DNA of 63,312 nt, filler included, from Cercozoa sp. M6MM (Eukaryota > Protista > Endomyxa: Ascetosporea): the NCBI GenBank assembly GCA_040357565.1. It is 8 parts of 8 records of this genome, joined end to end, with 100 filler letters (N's around TTAATTAATTAA, not from the genome) between each part and the next. Parts side by side here need not be neighbours in the genome. Positions count along the whole stretch, not along the records: positions 48,887 to 54,094 come from JBDODJ010000947.1; positions 54,195 to 60,728 come from JBDODJ010000726.1; positions 60,829 to 63,312 come from JBDODJ010001756.1; 5 more parts are not named here. One strand, given 5' to 3'. This document shows positions 50,017 to 63,312 of the stretch, in pieces (positions within the stretch are counted from its first letter, which is position 1; each line of letters opens with the position of its first letter). The notes below the pieces were generated by a model. The model was not told the origin of the DNA and searched no databases. It saw only the letters and a program-made list of their open reading frames with translations. The position numbers and the translations under genes were made by a program.

Positions 50017-51242
50017 CTAGTCCTCCATCGGGTGCGTCGCATCGTCGCTCAAGTAGTCGCTCAACCACTTGGCGCACTGCAGGCACACATATACACTCAC
50101 AAAGTGCTGGGAAGGACGCGGTGTCTGTAGCGAACAACGCACCTGCTTCTTGGTGGCGTGCGGGTTCTCATACTGCCAGTCCAAGATAGCGTCGATCGTA
50201 TTCTTGACCTCGGGACCTACGACAGTAACCTCACAGCGGGGAAAGCACCAAGACTAGAGTACCCTTGGCAACGCCGTAGTCCTTGACGAGTTCCTTGCCG
50301 TCGACCTGCAATGCCCGAAAGTATGTGCACACAAACGAACAGTATTAACACAGCAGGAAGAGTGCGCACCAAGGGACGCCACTTCCAGCAGCCCAGAAGG
50401 TCACTTTCCAGACGGAGCCAGTTCTCGACCTCGCGAATGTCATGCTCGTGCCAGATCTCGCCGTTGCGGATTTGCATCAGCACCTGCCATACATCGACAA
50501 AAGCACAAGTCAACTGCACAGACAGAAAGCACAGACAGAGAGCAGGGGAACACCTTGGCCAGCAGGAGACACGGCTCCCACTCCTCGCCAATCACTCGCA
50601 GCCACCTGTCGGTACAGCGGTACCCATCACCATATGCTACACCATGACAGAGACAGTGTGTGTTGGTACCGCCCAAAGTGCTTGCGCAGAGCGGCGTTTC
50701 GCACGGCCCGCGTCGACAGTGAGGCTCTGGAAACACATTATTTCTGCATTATATTATATTTATATATCTATATGTATATTTGAAGATAGGTGTGTATATA
50801 TATATAGATATACTTAAAGGTTAGAAAGGCCAAGCTACAGACGCTGCGGCGAACACTCGGGCTGCACGCGTTCGGCGAAGTACGTGGCCGACTCGAGGAA
50901 CTACTCGAGTGGGACATAGCAGTAGACCAGGGAGGAGGAAAAGAAGTTGCGTACCTTGGAAGTGACAGCGGCGGTGTGCTTGGAGAAACGCAGCGACTGC
51001 TGCAGCATGTGCACGGCCACGTGCTGCGTGCGCGTGCTGGTCTGTGTGCGGGGAGTGAAATACTTACCATACACAGGGGAATATACTAGGGGTAGTATGC
51101 TAGGAGTGTGAGTACCAACTTGGGACGGTAGGACAGGTGTGCATAAGGCGACAGGAAGGCAGCCAGCAACAGGTGCCGACGCATGTCCTTCTGCACACAG
51201 ACATTAACATAATAGTATATATAGATATATAAATGTATGTAT

Positions 51243-51276
<34 letters not shown>

Positions 51277-53481
51277 GTATATGTGCGTATATATATATAT
51301 ATAAATAGATATGGCTTTGCGAAGGGTCAAGTACAGTGAGTCGAGCGTGCCATGCTGGTTGTTTTTGCCACTCCTATCGCACACACATGCAGGTACTCTC
51401 ATCAGTCCAGACAAACTATAGACACGTGATACATCCAGCCGGTCGGATACAATCTTGAGGGCACGCAGTCCCTGTACAAGTGCACACACTTTACAACACA
51501 AGAACAGCAACAGGACAGGGTCGAAAACTCACCTGACGCTGAGCAAACTTGGGGTCGGGAAGGTCGTTTTCCTACGAAATCAAAAGGCCACTGAGTGCCT
51601 TTGTATAACAGATGAACAGATGCTACCATGATGCCTTCCTCGGGCAGTCGGAACACCGTGTCAAACACGCCTGATCAGACAAAAAGAAAACATGACAGCT
51701 AGACGGAACGCAGTTGAGTTTGAACAGGTACCGAACTGACACAACATGCCCATGGCACGCAAGGGAGCGCCGGGACCCTACAGGAACGGGTGTACTATTG
51801 GTTAAGACAGGGTACAAGTAGTACAAACGTACCACGATCATTTTGTCCAGCTCCTTGCAGAAACGCTCGCGAGTGACCTTGGTGTCCAGGTCGCGCCGCG
51901 TGCGGTCGCAGTCGGCCGCCGCGATGAGCGACTCGTCGCACCGGAAGCCGAAGCGACAGGCGAAACGCACCTGTGCCACAAGACCAAAAACTGCTCATGT
52001 TCAACCACACGACACTCAGGATCAACAAAGCACAAGCTACAGCACGCAACACGCGCAGAGGGTCGTCGCGGAAGGTCACAGCAGGGTCGGTGGGTGTCAC
52101 CAACTATGAGTAGAAACTAGGTACAACACAATCAACACAAGGCAGAGGGAAGCTACCACGCCGTTCTGCATGTCGGCAATCGAACGGTTCAGCAGATCTT
52201 CCACGCAGCCCAGGTTGACGTTGTAGTACATTGCCTGTCTCCATACATATATATATATATATATATACAAACATATATATATATATATGTATATATGGAT
52301 ATACGTTGACAGTGAAGTCACGTCGCTCGGCATCCTCGTGTGCCGTGCCGAACTCGGCAACAGGGATGCGACTGTCCTCGTGGTACACCTCTGTGCGCAG
52401 GTTGTTCGCGTCGACCTGTGAGCCAGCACAGTGACAGTGCCAGTCACCAAGAAAGACAGCAAGCACGAAAGCTACCTCGATGCCAAAGACTTTAAACGTC
52501 GCCGTTTCCAGGTGCTTTGACTTCTCCTGCAAGACACTGCAATATGTTGTCGAAGCACAGATGTCAGAGACAAGTTACCGAGTTGCTTTTGATGATAGCA
52601 ACGCGCGTGGTCTCTTCGCCAAGCTACAAAACTCGAACAAGAATTATTCAGTTTGATAATTATTCAGTTTGACTGATGAATATTCAGATTTGACTGATGA
52701 ATATTCAGATTTGACTGATTATTAGATTTGACTGAAGGAAGAAACACACCTCCTCCTGCACGTAGTGGCACAGGTGCTGCGCAAAGGTCGCTCCCGACAT
52801 GTTGTCGCACGCAAAGTCAATGTCGTCGCTTTCGCGGCCCATCTGTCAAAGCGAACTTAAATGAAGGCACTTCAATTTAAGCAGCAAAAAAACTATACCA
52901 GCTTGTCACGCACCCAACCACCCGCAACGCGAATCGTCGTTCCTGCGTATTTATCAACTTAAATAGTGGGCACGGTTACCCTCAGCTTTAGCGTTAAAAC
53001 GCACCAAGTTCGTATTTCGCAATGCAGCCACGCACGGCAGCGAACAGTCGCTCCTCAGTCGGCGAAAGTTTCAGAGTCACCGAGCTTGCATCCTACCACA
53101 AGTGAAAGCTTGCACAAAATTGAAGCTTTGATCGATACAAGGTACCGCAGGCATAGCACGCAGCTGGACGGGCTCTTCGAGCGGGTAGCGCGCCCAATCA
53201 TAAGTTGTCAAATCCAGATCGGCCTCATCTGAGAAGTCGAACGATGCAGCTTGCTCGGGCGTCATCATGCTGTGACCGCTCTCCATCGACGACATCTCCT
53301 CGCGCGCTCTATGAAACTTGCCTCCTACTCGTGATAACACAGGTGGCGAATGCTTTGTTGCGGGGTCAAAGTCGACTTTCTCCGCGCGGACTGCTTCGTT
53401 CGCCAAGTATCGTCTCACACCAGCGTACGAGGACCTCAATTGCACTTGAAAAGCTGAGGGAGATCGAAAAGCTCGTCTCAT
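50017..53481 (-). CDS. CCA1: CCA-adding tRNA nucleotidyltransferase (class II)
   Basis: IRVAGGWVRDKL; SDDIDFA; KSKHLETAT; NLRTEVYHEDSRIP; EDAERRDFTVNA; FRDDPLRVLRAVRFA; KVTRER; C-terminal WQYENP..CAKWL; TAG at 50017-50019. Confidence 0.93.
52644..52735. repeat. Intronic minisatellite (~21 bp unit TATTCAGATTTGACTGATGAA, ~5 imperfect copies)
   Basis: Directly visible tandem copies inside a CCA1 intron. Confidence 0.85.
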
Positions 53482-53637
53482 ACAGCTTGCACGCACTCAC
53501 GCACGTTAATGGTTGTGTGAGTGCCAAGCGCGGTAGAAATTTCAAGAGCCAGTGTGAAATTTAAAAAGTTTTTAGTGCAGCAGACAGGTTTTCGCACGCT
53601 CTGGCAAAGTGCTTTGAGTCCGTGACGTTGAGGGCAC

Positions 53638-54069
53638 ATGTCAGATCACAGTGCTTTTGCCGAACCGCACAGGCCAGAGACGCCGACGGTCTCGATGCGC
53701 AAGCTTTTCACGCCATGTCCGTTTGATTGCTTTGCTTGTGATTTTGAAAACTGTAATTGTGATAAACAGGTCCTGACAATGGCGTGTTTTGCAAGCTTTC
53801 ATTTTCGGCACTCGGCCCCGTGAATGTACCTTCAAAGTCGACATAATATATTGTTATGGCCTGCTGGTTTATGTTGAAGCTGGATTGCAGGACGAAAGCG
53901 GCGAGCGGCCAGGTGATGCGCCGCTGCTAAACACGCTGCCGAAGTGGGTGGTACATAGACTCTAACGCAGCTTGTTTGTAGTTGTATCAGTTTTACACTG
54001 GTGTGTTGCAGGAGTGGCAGAGACCACTGCCGGAGAGTGTGCTGTTGCAGAGTGCACTCGGCGGTGTCG
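53638..54069 (+). CDS. Hypothetical protein, 5' part
   Basis: MSDHSAFAEPH.. plus three further GT-AG-bounded in-frame exons before the scaffold end. Confidence 0.45.
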
Positions 54070-54094
54070 GTATGGCTCTTTACCCCCCCCCCCC

Positions 54095-54194
54095 NNNNNN
54101 NNNNNNNNNNNNNNNNNNNNNNNNNNNNNNNNNNNNNNTTAATTAATTAANNNNNNNNNNNNNNNNNNNNNNNNNNNNNNNNNNNNNNNNNNNN
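54095..54194. other. Artificial scaffold linker
   Basis: N44-TTAATTAATTAA-N44. Confidence 0.97.
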
Positions 54195-54378
54195 GGGGTA
54201 AAGGGGTAAAGAGGGTAAAGGGATAAAGAGGGTAAGGGGGTCAATGGGGTACTGGTTTACTAAAGTGGTGGCGAGGACGGCACGTAGTCGAGCATTCGCG
54301 AACAAACATCACGAAACATCTCGCCTAACATCACCCCCCACCTTGCCACCCTTAACACCCCCTTAACCTTCCCCGCAG

Positions 54379-55928
54379 ACGGTGATTCTGACGCGTCTGG
54401 CACTCGATCGGCAAATGCACGCGCAGCAGAAGCAGAAGGATCTGCTTTCTCATCTGGTACTTTTTTGAACTGAGCTGGGGGGCAAAGGGAGGCGAGATGA
54501 TACATGATGTTTGTTTGCAGTTGCCGGAATACTTCTTCGCGAATGCTCGACTACGCGCCTTCCTCGCCAACACTTTAGTACATCTTTACCCCCTTTACCC
54601 CCTTACCCTCTTTATCCCTTTACCCTCTTTACCCCTTTACCCCCCCCCCCCGTCTTGACAGGTAGTGCTGCGTTCGTCGAGTGTGTCGGACGAAAAGTTC
54701 GGCAAATACTCCTTCGCGCAGCGTTTGCATGTGTCACTGCTGGACACGACCTTTGTAAGTCTCACTTCCTTTACCCCCTCCTTCCTTTCTACCTTCCCAT
54801 GTATTGTACGCAGTTGGAACAGTCATTTGGAGCACCGTTGCCCGACGTAAGTAGGAGTATAGAGGGGTAGGAGGGGGGAGGGGGTAAAGATGTGTGGTGT
54901 AGCACCTGCGACCCCAGCTGATCGGCAAGTCCGACACGGACGCGCAGTGGACTCCGCTGTCGCTGTGGGCGTACACCCCCTTTATGCTTCCCCCCTGCTC
55001 CCTTATCCCCTCCCTCCGTGCTGGCAGAGGTGTGGACCACGTGATGCGTCTGATGCACAGTTACTTCAACGAGCAGATGCTGCTGCACGAGACGAGTAAC
55101 ACACTGTCGGCACGCGATCGGCGTCACACCAGCAAGGTATTTCGCCGCCTCCTTTAGCCCGCCCTTAACCCTCCCTTAACCTCTCCCTTAGCCTTTAATA
55201 ACTCCCTTTGCGCTGTGAGTGCAGATGGAAGCGACGAAGAGACTGCTGGAGATAAACGACGACATGGGCCAGCAGCACCGAATCGACGTTTGCGCCGTCG
55301 CTGTCGCTGCGCTGCCTTCCGACAATGTGTCGGTAATACCCCCCCACCCTTACCCCTATACTCTACCCCTACCCCCTTTACCCCCACTCCAGGCGCCCTT
55401 TGTGTACGGGAGTCCGCGAAGCGATGTGAACGTTCCTCGCGACGCCAAGTGTCGCTCGCGATCGTCCAAAGGGGTAGTCCTTGCGCACCCTACCCCCTGT
55501 TTACCCCTCCCTTACTCCTCGTAGGTATCGGTGATAGCGAATGTGCTGTGGCGGCGGCGACACCGGTGGTTCCACTGGTCCTCGCTGAAGCGTCATCTGG
55601 CGGCCATTGCACCCGTGTCGCCTGCGCGGGCTGCCGAGTTGACGCATGCTGTAGCTTCCTCACCCCCTTTTGCCCCACCACCTTTATTCCCTACCCCTGC
55701 GCAGATGTCGCTGTGGATGCGTTTCTTCAGTGGACACGCGCGTCACGTGTCCGACGACAGTGAGCATCCTCATAGTATCCAAAAGGTCTCTCTCTCTCTC
55801 TCATGTCTCCCTTAACCTTTACCCCCCCCCCCTCCCGACAGGTCTACCAAGTCGTGCTGCAGCGTGCGTCGCCACAATTGTTCGCGCCCACCGAAGACGA
55901 CATTGCGCACAGGTAGTTTTACCCCCTG

Positions 55929-55976
<48 letters not shown>

Positions 55977-55986
55977 NNNNNNNNNN

Positions 55987-56040
<54 letters not shown>

Positions 56041-58107
56041 CACACACAGTGCACGTGGTCCCGAAGCCGACATTCCCGAACCTCGGGGATACTTCCAGGA
56101 GGTGCTCTACCCATACACTATGCGTTGGTACACACTGTATGTATGTATGCATGTGTGCATATGATATGTATGCATGTGTGCATATGACATATATGCATGC
56201 ACGTCTGTGTATGTTTGTGTAAAGATATATACTCTATGCACGTATGTGTGCATCAGCTCGCCTTTGCCCTGGTGGGCGATCTGCGCAAGCAACTCGTCGA
56301 CATCCTCAAGGTACTCATATGCCCCTGACTGTACCGTACACATATGCCCTGTACTGTACATGTGTACTGACACATGTACCTGTATCTGTATCATATAAAT
56401 GTACCTGTACAGTTCGGCTCCCTCGTGAGCCACATCAGTGATCCGGCCGAGTACGTGCCGCTGTGGTACGAACTGGCGCAGACCGACCTGGGCAGCGAAA
56501 TGGCCGGCGACGTCATGGCACCTGGCGTCGCCGATGCGCTGTCCGAGCGGCTGTCGGACAGTCTGCAGAAGACGCTGCGCGGCGTTTCGCCAGACGGCAA
56601 TCAGGTATGCCCCCCTGTCTTACCCCCCCCCCCCCCCCCCGAGCCCTACCCTTACCCCCCCCAGGTATTCGAAGTGGCCCCAGCGCCGGTGGACGAGATC
56701 CTGGCGCTGATGGAGCACACGCGCAGCAACGGCTTCACGGCCGGTGTCGGTGTGCCGGACACGGTGGTGTTCGAGATGTCGTCGCTGCAGCAACTTGACT
56801 CGGCCATGACGATGCTGGCGCTGTCGACGCCGCCACCTTTCCTAGCTGCTGCGGCCAGTTACATCAAATGCAAGCCTTGGATCGACGACGTTCTGCAGCC
56901 GCAGCTGCGTCTCTTCTTCGACGGACTGCTGCGGTTCAACCCCCCTCCCCCTCCTTACCCACTTTACCCTGTATCACGTTTACCTCCTACCCTAGGAGTA
57001 CGATTCGCCGACTGAAGCGTTTCTGCGAGCAGTGGGCCACGAAGCAAGGTTTCGCTGTCGTTGCTGAGGCAGAGTAATGCGCTTTTACCCCTGCACCGCC
57101 TCTGCCTTCTTACTCTCTACCCCTCCCCCCGTATCCTCAACCCCACAGTCAACCCGAGGCACGCTGGGCGGCCTCGTGGCTGCGCACACTGTCGGTGATG
57201 GCGCAGGCCATGTCGCACAATCGCGACGCCAACACTGGTGCGTGGATACGCTCTCCGGTACTCCCTGCTTTCTTGTCTATGGTGTCTGTGTGCTCCCTAC
57301 CTACCTACTCTGTCTACTACCTACCTATCTCCCTATCTACTTACCTGCCTACCTATCTCCCTATCTACCTCCCTACCTATCTATCTACCTATCTACTGAC
57401 CTACCAACCTACCGACCTAGTTGGGCGACGTGTTTATCGCGCGCATGCTGTCGCCGACGGTGAACGCGACGCCGACGGTGCTGCTGCCGCGGCCGGACGA
57501 GCCGCTGCTGTCGCTGCACTTCTCGAACGAACCCTGCTCTCCCGACGACGAGGCTGCCACCGAAGGTGCCTCCTCCAACACGCATCGTCATGGTCGCAAG
57601 AAACGCGACAGGCGACACAAAGCGAAGGGCGAAATTTACCGTACCAGCAGTGGTAAACACTCTCTCTTTGTCTCGGGTAGATTTGGTAGGACACGTACTA
57701 CCCCCCTCGAAGGACACAAGCCGTATCACGCAACGCAGGGCTATCTGTCCGGCGTGTCGCTGCTGCAGCACCTGTCTTTGAGCGATGAGTCGCCGCAGGT
57801 GCAGCAGCGTGCCAGTAGTGCGCCCAACTTTCTGTTCGACCTGCTCTGCGGCACCAGTGACGACAGCGTCGGCATGGCCGTTCGTGTCATTGCCGAACTC
57901 CTCGCTGGCTACGTCGACGACTCTGCGGTACCTTGCCTGTACGCCTTGTCTCTCTGCCCCTACTGCATGCCTGCCGCCTGACAGAGCAAGGTACTGTCGC
58001 CGCGCGCGCAACTCGCCAACGACGCCGCCGAGTGCAGCGATGCCATCGTGCTTTTCTGCGCCAGTGCGCGGGAATCTCACTTTGTGAGTCTGCTGTTCGC
58101 GCACTGA
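54379..58107 (+). CDS. Hypothetical protein, 5'-partial, ~20 exons
   Basis: Spliced reading from TVILTRLALDRQ.. to ..FVSLLFAH*, with GC-rich codon usage like the other genes. No family recognised. Confidence 0.6.
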
Positions 58108-58399
58108 CTCAACTCAACTGGTCTCTCTTAGATCTAGACTTCGGAGTCAGATCGATATGTACAGTACCAGGGTTTTTAGTAGTGTTTAATGAGTACACTA
58201 GCAATTGAAGCACAAGATCAGTGGGACAGTAATATTCACAGTACAGTAAACCAATTACAGTACGAAGTAACATGTGTTTCGAATCGCCCTGTGCGGTGCA
58301 GGGGGACTGACGTAGCCAAACAACTTCAGTTCGTTCGGTTCAGTCACCGCACAGTCCGCACTCAGTCTAATTACACAAGTGAGACGCTTTCCTGAATCA

Positions 58400-58996
58400 T
58401 AAAGACGGACTGCGGATCGCTCAATTGCATCTCTCCCAGCAGCATCAACGTCTACTCACATGACGTAGTAAGTGCAAGATACTGTTCCCCATTGCAACTG
58501 ATCGTACTGTAAATTGTGCGCTTCCACAGTACCGAGAAATACACGCATAGCGGCGTGATTGCAATGACGAAACTAAGCAAGTCATGAACCAGCAGCAATA
58601 GTCAGTACTCCTGCACTCTGTATCAATGCACTAGCAATGCTGATGAATGGGACTTACGAGACAGTGAAAGCGATAATGTTGGTGAAAGGAATGTCCTGGG
58701 GCAATTGAAAGAACAAATCACACAGAGACTCTAATTTACAGGTGCAATAGTGTACTATCATGTGCTGTATAAACAGTACCAAATAAAGCTGACAGTGGCC
58801 TTGATGACACCGACGATTACGTCTCAACGAAAACCATCTTTTATTTTCGCCAATCTGATCGCTGAGCGTAGTCATTTGAAGCAAACTCCTGTACATTACG
58901 TTACTGTACTGTAAATATACCTGTCTTTTGCGAGCATTTCGTCCAGCCACTTGCGCAACATTAACTGGAGCGAAACTTGATTTCTGCAAGGACACA

Positions 58997-59035
<39 letters not shown>

Positions 59036-59516
59036 GTATGGTGTATACGTATGAAGCCGAATTTTACACTATCCATCTGCGCATCGCTGATTCCTCCCCT
59101 GCAGTGAGTTGGGTATGCACATAGTACGGTTGGGACACTGCGCAGTCTGTGAGAAAACCCTTACCGATGTACACGAGTTCCGACTCGGCCAAAAAGCGCG
59201 AAGCAGATGCAGCGCCACTGTCGGTGAACTCAATGTTGACTCGCGCCCAACGTGCCGTCACTGTGACAGTGCTCAGTTAGTGCACAATTAACTTCGCAGC
59301 CTCAGCCCACTGTACCTCTGCGAGTGTGCTGCAGGAAAGTATCGACGGCATGGCCCGCAATCGCCGACATAAGCGGCACAGCAAATGCAAGCACGATGAG
59401 AGTCGTCTGTACACAGCACGTTTTGTATTTTCGGTGTGATTTCTTCTGAACAATATCAGTTTTACGAAAGCTAAGCAGCGGGAGCGCTTGACAACATTCG
59501 CAATGTATCGAAACAT
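58400..59516 (-). CDS. Possible hypothetical membrane protein
   Basis: MFRYIANVVKRSRCLAF then TTLIVLAFAVPLMSAIAG.. and further exon-like segments; 3' end unresolved. Confidence 0.3.
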
Positions 59517-59928
59517 TAATCGCTGCCGCCTTCAGAGTACACTTTTAGGTCGGTGGACTCGTGGCTCATCCTTCACAACGTTCAAAGCCCGAAACACCTG
59601 GTGCCCGCACTGACATTTTTACCAGGTTAACGGTTATGTAGTGTTTTATTTGTTTTTGGTAATATCAATAGATGCTTTCAGTCCAAAATAGCAGCTAGAA
59701 CGTCTAAAATCGATCCGTATTGACAAACAGCGCATGCGAAAACAATGGCCACAGGTCGTCGCCGTGGCATGTGATACTTTTGTGCTTTAACAGATCCACT
59801 CGTGGTTGCCTAGCATAGTGATAACTGTGACGTGCATTATACGCCCCGTGGACGATTAGGTCAACATATTTTTTGGGCTGGAGGGGCGAGATTATTGGTG
59901 ATGTTGTCTCGTGAGCAGGAGTCACAAA

Positions 59929-60432
59929 ATGAAGGAATACACGGCTAAGGAGGTGGCGAAACACACAACCGAGAGTGATTGCTGGGTCATCATGCACGGC
60001 AAGGTGTACGACGTCACCAAGTTCCTGGACGATCATCCTGGCGGAGCCGACGTCATCATGGACTACGCCGGTGCGTTTCTGCCGCAAATTTCGCTGTTAT
60101 GACTTGCCTGACTCGTCTGCGCGGACAGGTGAGGACTGCACGGAGGCATTCGAGGAAATTTTCCACTCGGACAAGGCCAAAAAACAGGCCGATGATGAAT
60201 TCCTGATCGGTACGCTCAAGAAGTCCGCCGGTGACGCAGGCAAGTCAGAAGGCAAAGTGCGCACCTACAAGGACGACACGCGCTTCGGTCAATTCGTAGC
60301 GCTGTCTTTTGTGTTTCGATTTTTTCACATTTGGTGAGTTGGCTCACTTTTGTGGTGTTGTAGTACATCCCGCTGCTGCTGGGCGGTATCGGTGCCGCTC
60401 TAGTCTGGCGTTTCGCAGACTCGCTCTTCTAA
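59929..60432 (+). CDS. CYB5: Cytochrome b5 (tail-anchored), 3 coding exons
   Basis: [43 protein letters not shown]; C-terminal [17 protein letters not shown]. Confidence 0.94.
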
Positions 60433-60679
60433 GTGACTCCGCCATTGGCTTCAGTCCTACATGGCAGATTTTATTTCGTCAGGTTTTTTAAACAACTACC
60501 TCAGCGTTGGATGCCTAGTCGTTAGGGTCGGAGATTTTAAGCCGGAAGAAAGGCCAGACAAAAAACTTACCAACTGCCACAGCGCTGCGGGGTCTGACAG
60601 ACAGACGCTCATGCCACTCACGTGTGCACGAGGTATTTGGCGGCTTGCTTGGGGCCGGTTCCAAGCACGCACACACACA

Positions 60680-60728
<49 letters not shown>

Positions 60729-60828
60729 NNNNNNNNNNNNNNNNNNNNNNNNNNNNNNNNNNNNNNNNNNNNTTAATTAATTAANNNNNNNNNNNNNNNN
60801 NNNNNNNNNNNNNNNNNNNNNNNNNNNN
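60729..60828. other. Artificial scaffold linker
   Basis: N44-TTAATTAATTAA-N44. Confidence 0.97.
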
Positions 60829-60875
<47 letters not shown>

Positions 60876-60879
60876 TCAA

Positions 60880-61562
60880 TCTTTTGCCCCTCCAGTTTTC
60901 CGGTTTGAGGTGCTACCGCAAGTGGACGCAATCCGACGGAAGCGCGCGTTTTCGTCCTCCTCGTCGGGCACGTCGTCGCCGATGTTGTCCTCGTCCTCTT
61001 CGTCGGTCTTGGGCACATCGACACGACGGCCTGCAGATATGTGTTTGTGTATTCAGTCATAACACAGCACACAAAAAAGGAAGTGTGGGGTAGGCACACA
61101 GAGAGAGAGAGAGTGTGTGGGTGGGTACTCAGAGAGGCACGGCGTTTTTCTTGTCCCTACACAGCATGAGGTTAGACAGAAGGCTTGAAGAAAGGAAGGG
61201 CGAAGAGGCACCTCGGTGAGTGCAGCAATTTCGGCACTTTCGTTCTCGTTTTTGTCGGCTGTGACGGCAATACCCGGCTGTGCAAACACAGACAAAATTT
61301 GGGGTGGAGGGGGTAAGGATGCAAGAAGCCCCGCTGCGGTACTTGGACAACGATGTCATCTTCATCGGCCTCTGTGGCAAGACAACCCATAATACACCAA
61401 GCATGAGAGACCAAGCATGAGAGAGCGAGAGAGAGAGAGAGATGGGTATGCGCATGTACCGTCAGGAACGGTGGTGTTATCCACGTCCTCAGTGGTGTCC
61501 TCACCCTAAACAAGCACATCAGTTGAAAGACATGAAGACAGGCAGACAGGGACAGGGAGACC

Positions 61563-61612
<50 letters not shown>

Positions 61613-61622
61613 NNNNNNNNNN

Positions 61623-61707
<85 letters not shown>

Positions 61708-63263
61708 ACCGGAGCAGAGGACAGAAGCTGCAACTCGGCCAGTCGGTCGTTGTTGGCCATGGTCACCTGCGAGCAAACTCATAGGCATAGTGCAATCAAT
61801 TCGTCAGTCGGTCAGTCAGTCAGTTAGAGAGAGAATTCCAACCGAAGAAGACGCCTGCAGAATGGCGGCAATCCAACCCTTCATCTCCTGCCAGATGTGT
61901 CAAGGTAACGGGTAGGAGAGGGGGACAGGGAGGGAAGGACAAGGAGGGAGGGAAGAAGGTACCTCCTCATCGGCTGCCGAGATGTAGAAGGTCTTGCAAG
62001 AGCGTGCCACGATCTTGGGTGTCTACAGGTGTTCCTATATCTCCAATATCCAAGTATATAAAGAGAAGCAGTACCATAACGGAGAAAACGTTGTCACGAC
62101 CGTCGAACTCACCTGTAGTCACACACAAGGTACACAGACACAGACACACACAGACACACAGACACACAGACAAACAGACACACAGACACACAGAGACACA
62201 CACAAGAGAGATGCACCGACAGTGGCGATGACGGCATCCTCCAGCGGCACCGAACCTCGCACGTACCTGTGCCAACAACGGTACAACAAAGGAAAGAGTG
62301 AAGGAGATGAAACGAAATCTACTTGGCAAACGCGTCGTTGAACATGCGTTCCGAGAAGAAGGCAATGTCCTTGAATTTCTGGCAGTCGCCTACTTGGACA
62401 ACATCGACATCCGATATTATAGCAAAGCAAGACAAGGAGGGTGAGTCTACCTTGCGAGGCAAAGTAAAAGATCCATCCACGCGACAGCACAAAGTATCGG
62501 TTGCGCCAGGACCTAGGGTAAAAGGGATCGTTGTGTATTGGGAGTAGGGGTAGTAATTTAATACTTGACGCGAGCACCGCGCTTGACCAGGAAGCCCTCG
62601 TACCTAACATACACACACACATACACAACAATAACAGAGACACAAGAGATAGGAACTAGACGGAGCAAAAATACGTCGTGATCAAACGCTTGGCTCCGCC
62701 GATTGCGAGCTCAAAAACCTGGCATCATACACATACATACAGCAGTACGTGTATATATACACACGTACATATATGTATACACATACACATATATATAGAT
62801 ATATATTAGACTGTGCAAAGTACGTGGATCCAGCGTTCACGCTGCTGCTCCGACTCGGCCGAGAAGTACCTGGGGGGAGGTGTAAAAGGTAGGGAGGAGT
62901 GAAGGAGCAGAGGGTAACTACCATGTCCGGTCGCGCGTCATCATCGTTATGCCCCACGGCTGTCCTCCGAAGCGTTCGTGGTCCTTCACACGTACATATT
63001 TATAAAGAGACACATATGTAGATAAACAAAGTGAAAAAAGGTACGGGCTCGAGACGCACGACGTCGGTGAGATCGATGCGACCGAGACACGAAGCGCAGC
63101 TTTCATCCTCGTAGTAGCGCACCTGTACAGTCGAAGCAAATTACCCTCCTGCCCCTATGCCCCGTTCAACCCCTCCCTTAGCCCTACCTCGCGGTTGTTG
63201 CGAACGACAAAGAAGCGGCGCTTCCAGTTTTTGCGTACGTGGCCGCGCTTCTGGAGCCAGCCA

Positions 63264-63265
<2 letters not shown>
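60880..63265 (-). CDS. Tandem PH-domain protein (partial)
   Basis: GWLQKRGHVRKNWKRRFFV..YFSAESEQQRERWI and EGFLVKRGARVKSWRNRYFVL..FYISAADEEEMKGWIAAI. Confidence 0.85.
61566..61704. repeat. Intronic (GA)n/(TC)n microsatellite with an internal gap
   Basis: Directly visible. Confidence 0.9.

Positions 63266-63312
<47 letters not shown>

Noticed and set aside
51059-51095. U1 snRNA-like ATACTTACC...CAGGGGA
   Set aside because: Short match inside a CCA1 intron, with no downstream U1 stem-loops or Sm site visible.
24399-53481. Alternative genetic code or stop-codon readthrough
   Set aside because: The conserved genes splice without in-frame stops, and TAA, TAG and TGA all serve as terminators.
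54195-54240. GGGGTAAA arrays as telomeres
   Set aside because: They are irregular, short and mostly located inside introns. Scaffold ends break at them, as they do at other simple repeats.
1-63312. tRNA, rRNA, CRISPR or prokaryotic defence systems
   Set aside because: No cloverleaf, rRNA signature or repeat-spacer array was seen by eye, and the sequence is eukaryotic and intron-rich. tRNAscan-SE and Rfam scans would be needed to exclude small RNAs.

Overview
Eukaryotic nuclear DNA from a compact, very intron-rich protist with a conventional mitochondrion; the organism cannot be identified from this window. The window is not one locus: it is eight scaffolds joined by artificial N44-TTAATTAATTAA-N44 linkers, so adjacency across linkers means nothing. 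The six-frame ORF track is largely uninformative because genes are split into mostly 40-110 nt exons by short GT-AG introns, so I spliced the genes by hand. Recognisable genes are mitochondrial uL15, a PWWP/PHD protein, CDKAL1 (3' end), an SR protein, an RCC1-repeat terminal exon, a GT61 glycosyltransferase (3' end), RRP15, XPB, a MAPEG/MGST3-like protein, Misato, GCAT/kbl, PP2A B56, HSP60, peptidyl-tRNA hydrolase, a PP2A A-like HEAT protein, the CCA-adding enzyme, cytochrome b5 and a tandem-PH protein, plus several orphans. The standard genetic code is used. I saw no tRNA, rRNA or CRISPR array. Most notable observations: (1) a degenerate 5' splice-site consensus GTAY, largely lacking A+4 and G+5; (2) very high intron density with capped exon size and strand-biased intronic repeats resembling splice signals; (3) a putative UBL-C2-PH-IBR-MYCBP2-like-UBZ-ZnF-ILEI protein; (4) a ~60-70 bp hairpin plus Sm-site-like element downstream of two unrelated stop codons; (5) a TA-targeting MITE family; (6) a Cys-rich repeat protein that I do not recognise. 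Coordinates and counts are manual and may be off by a few bases.
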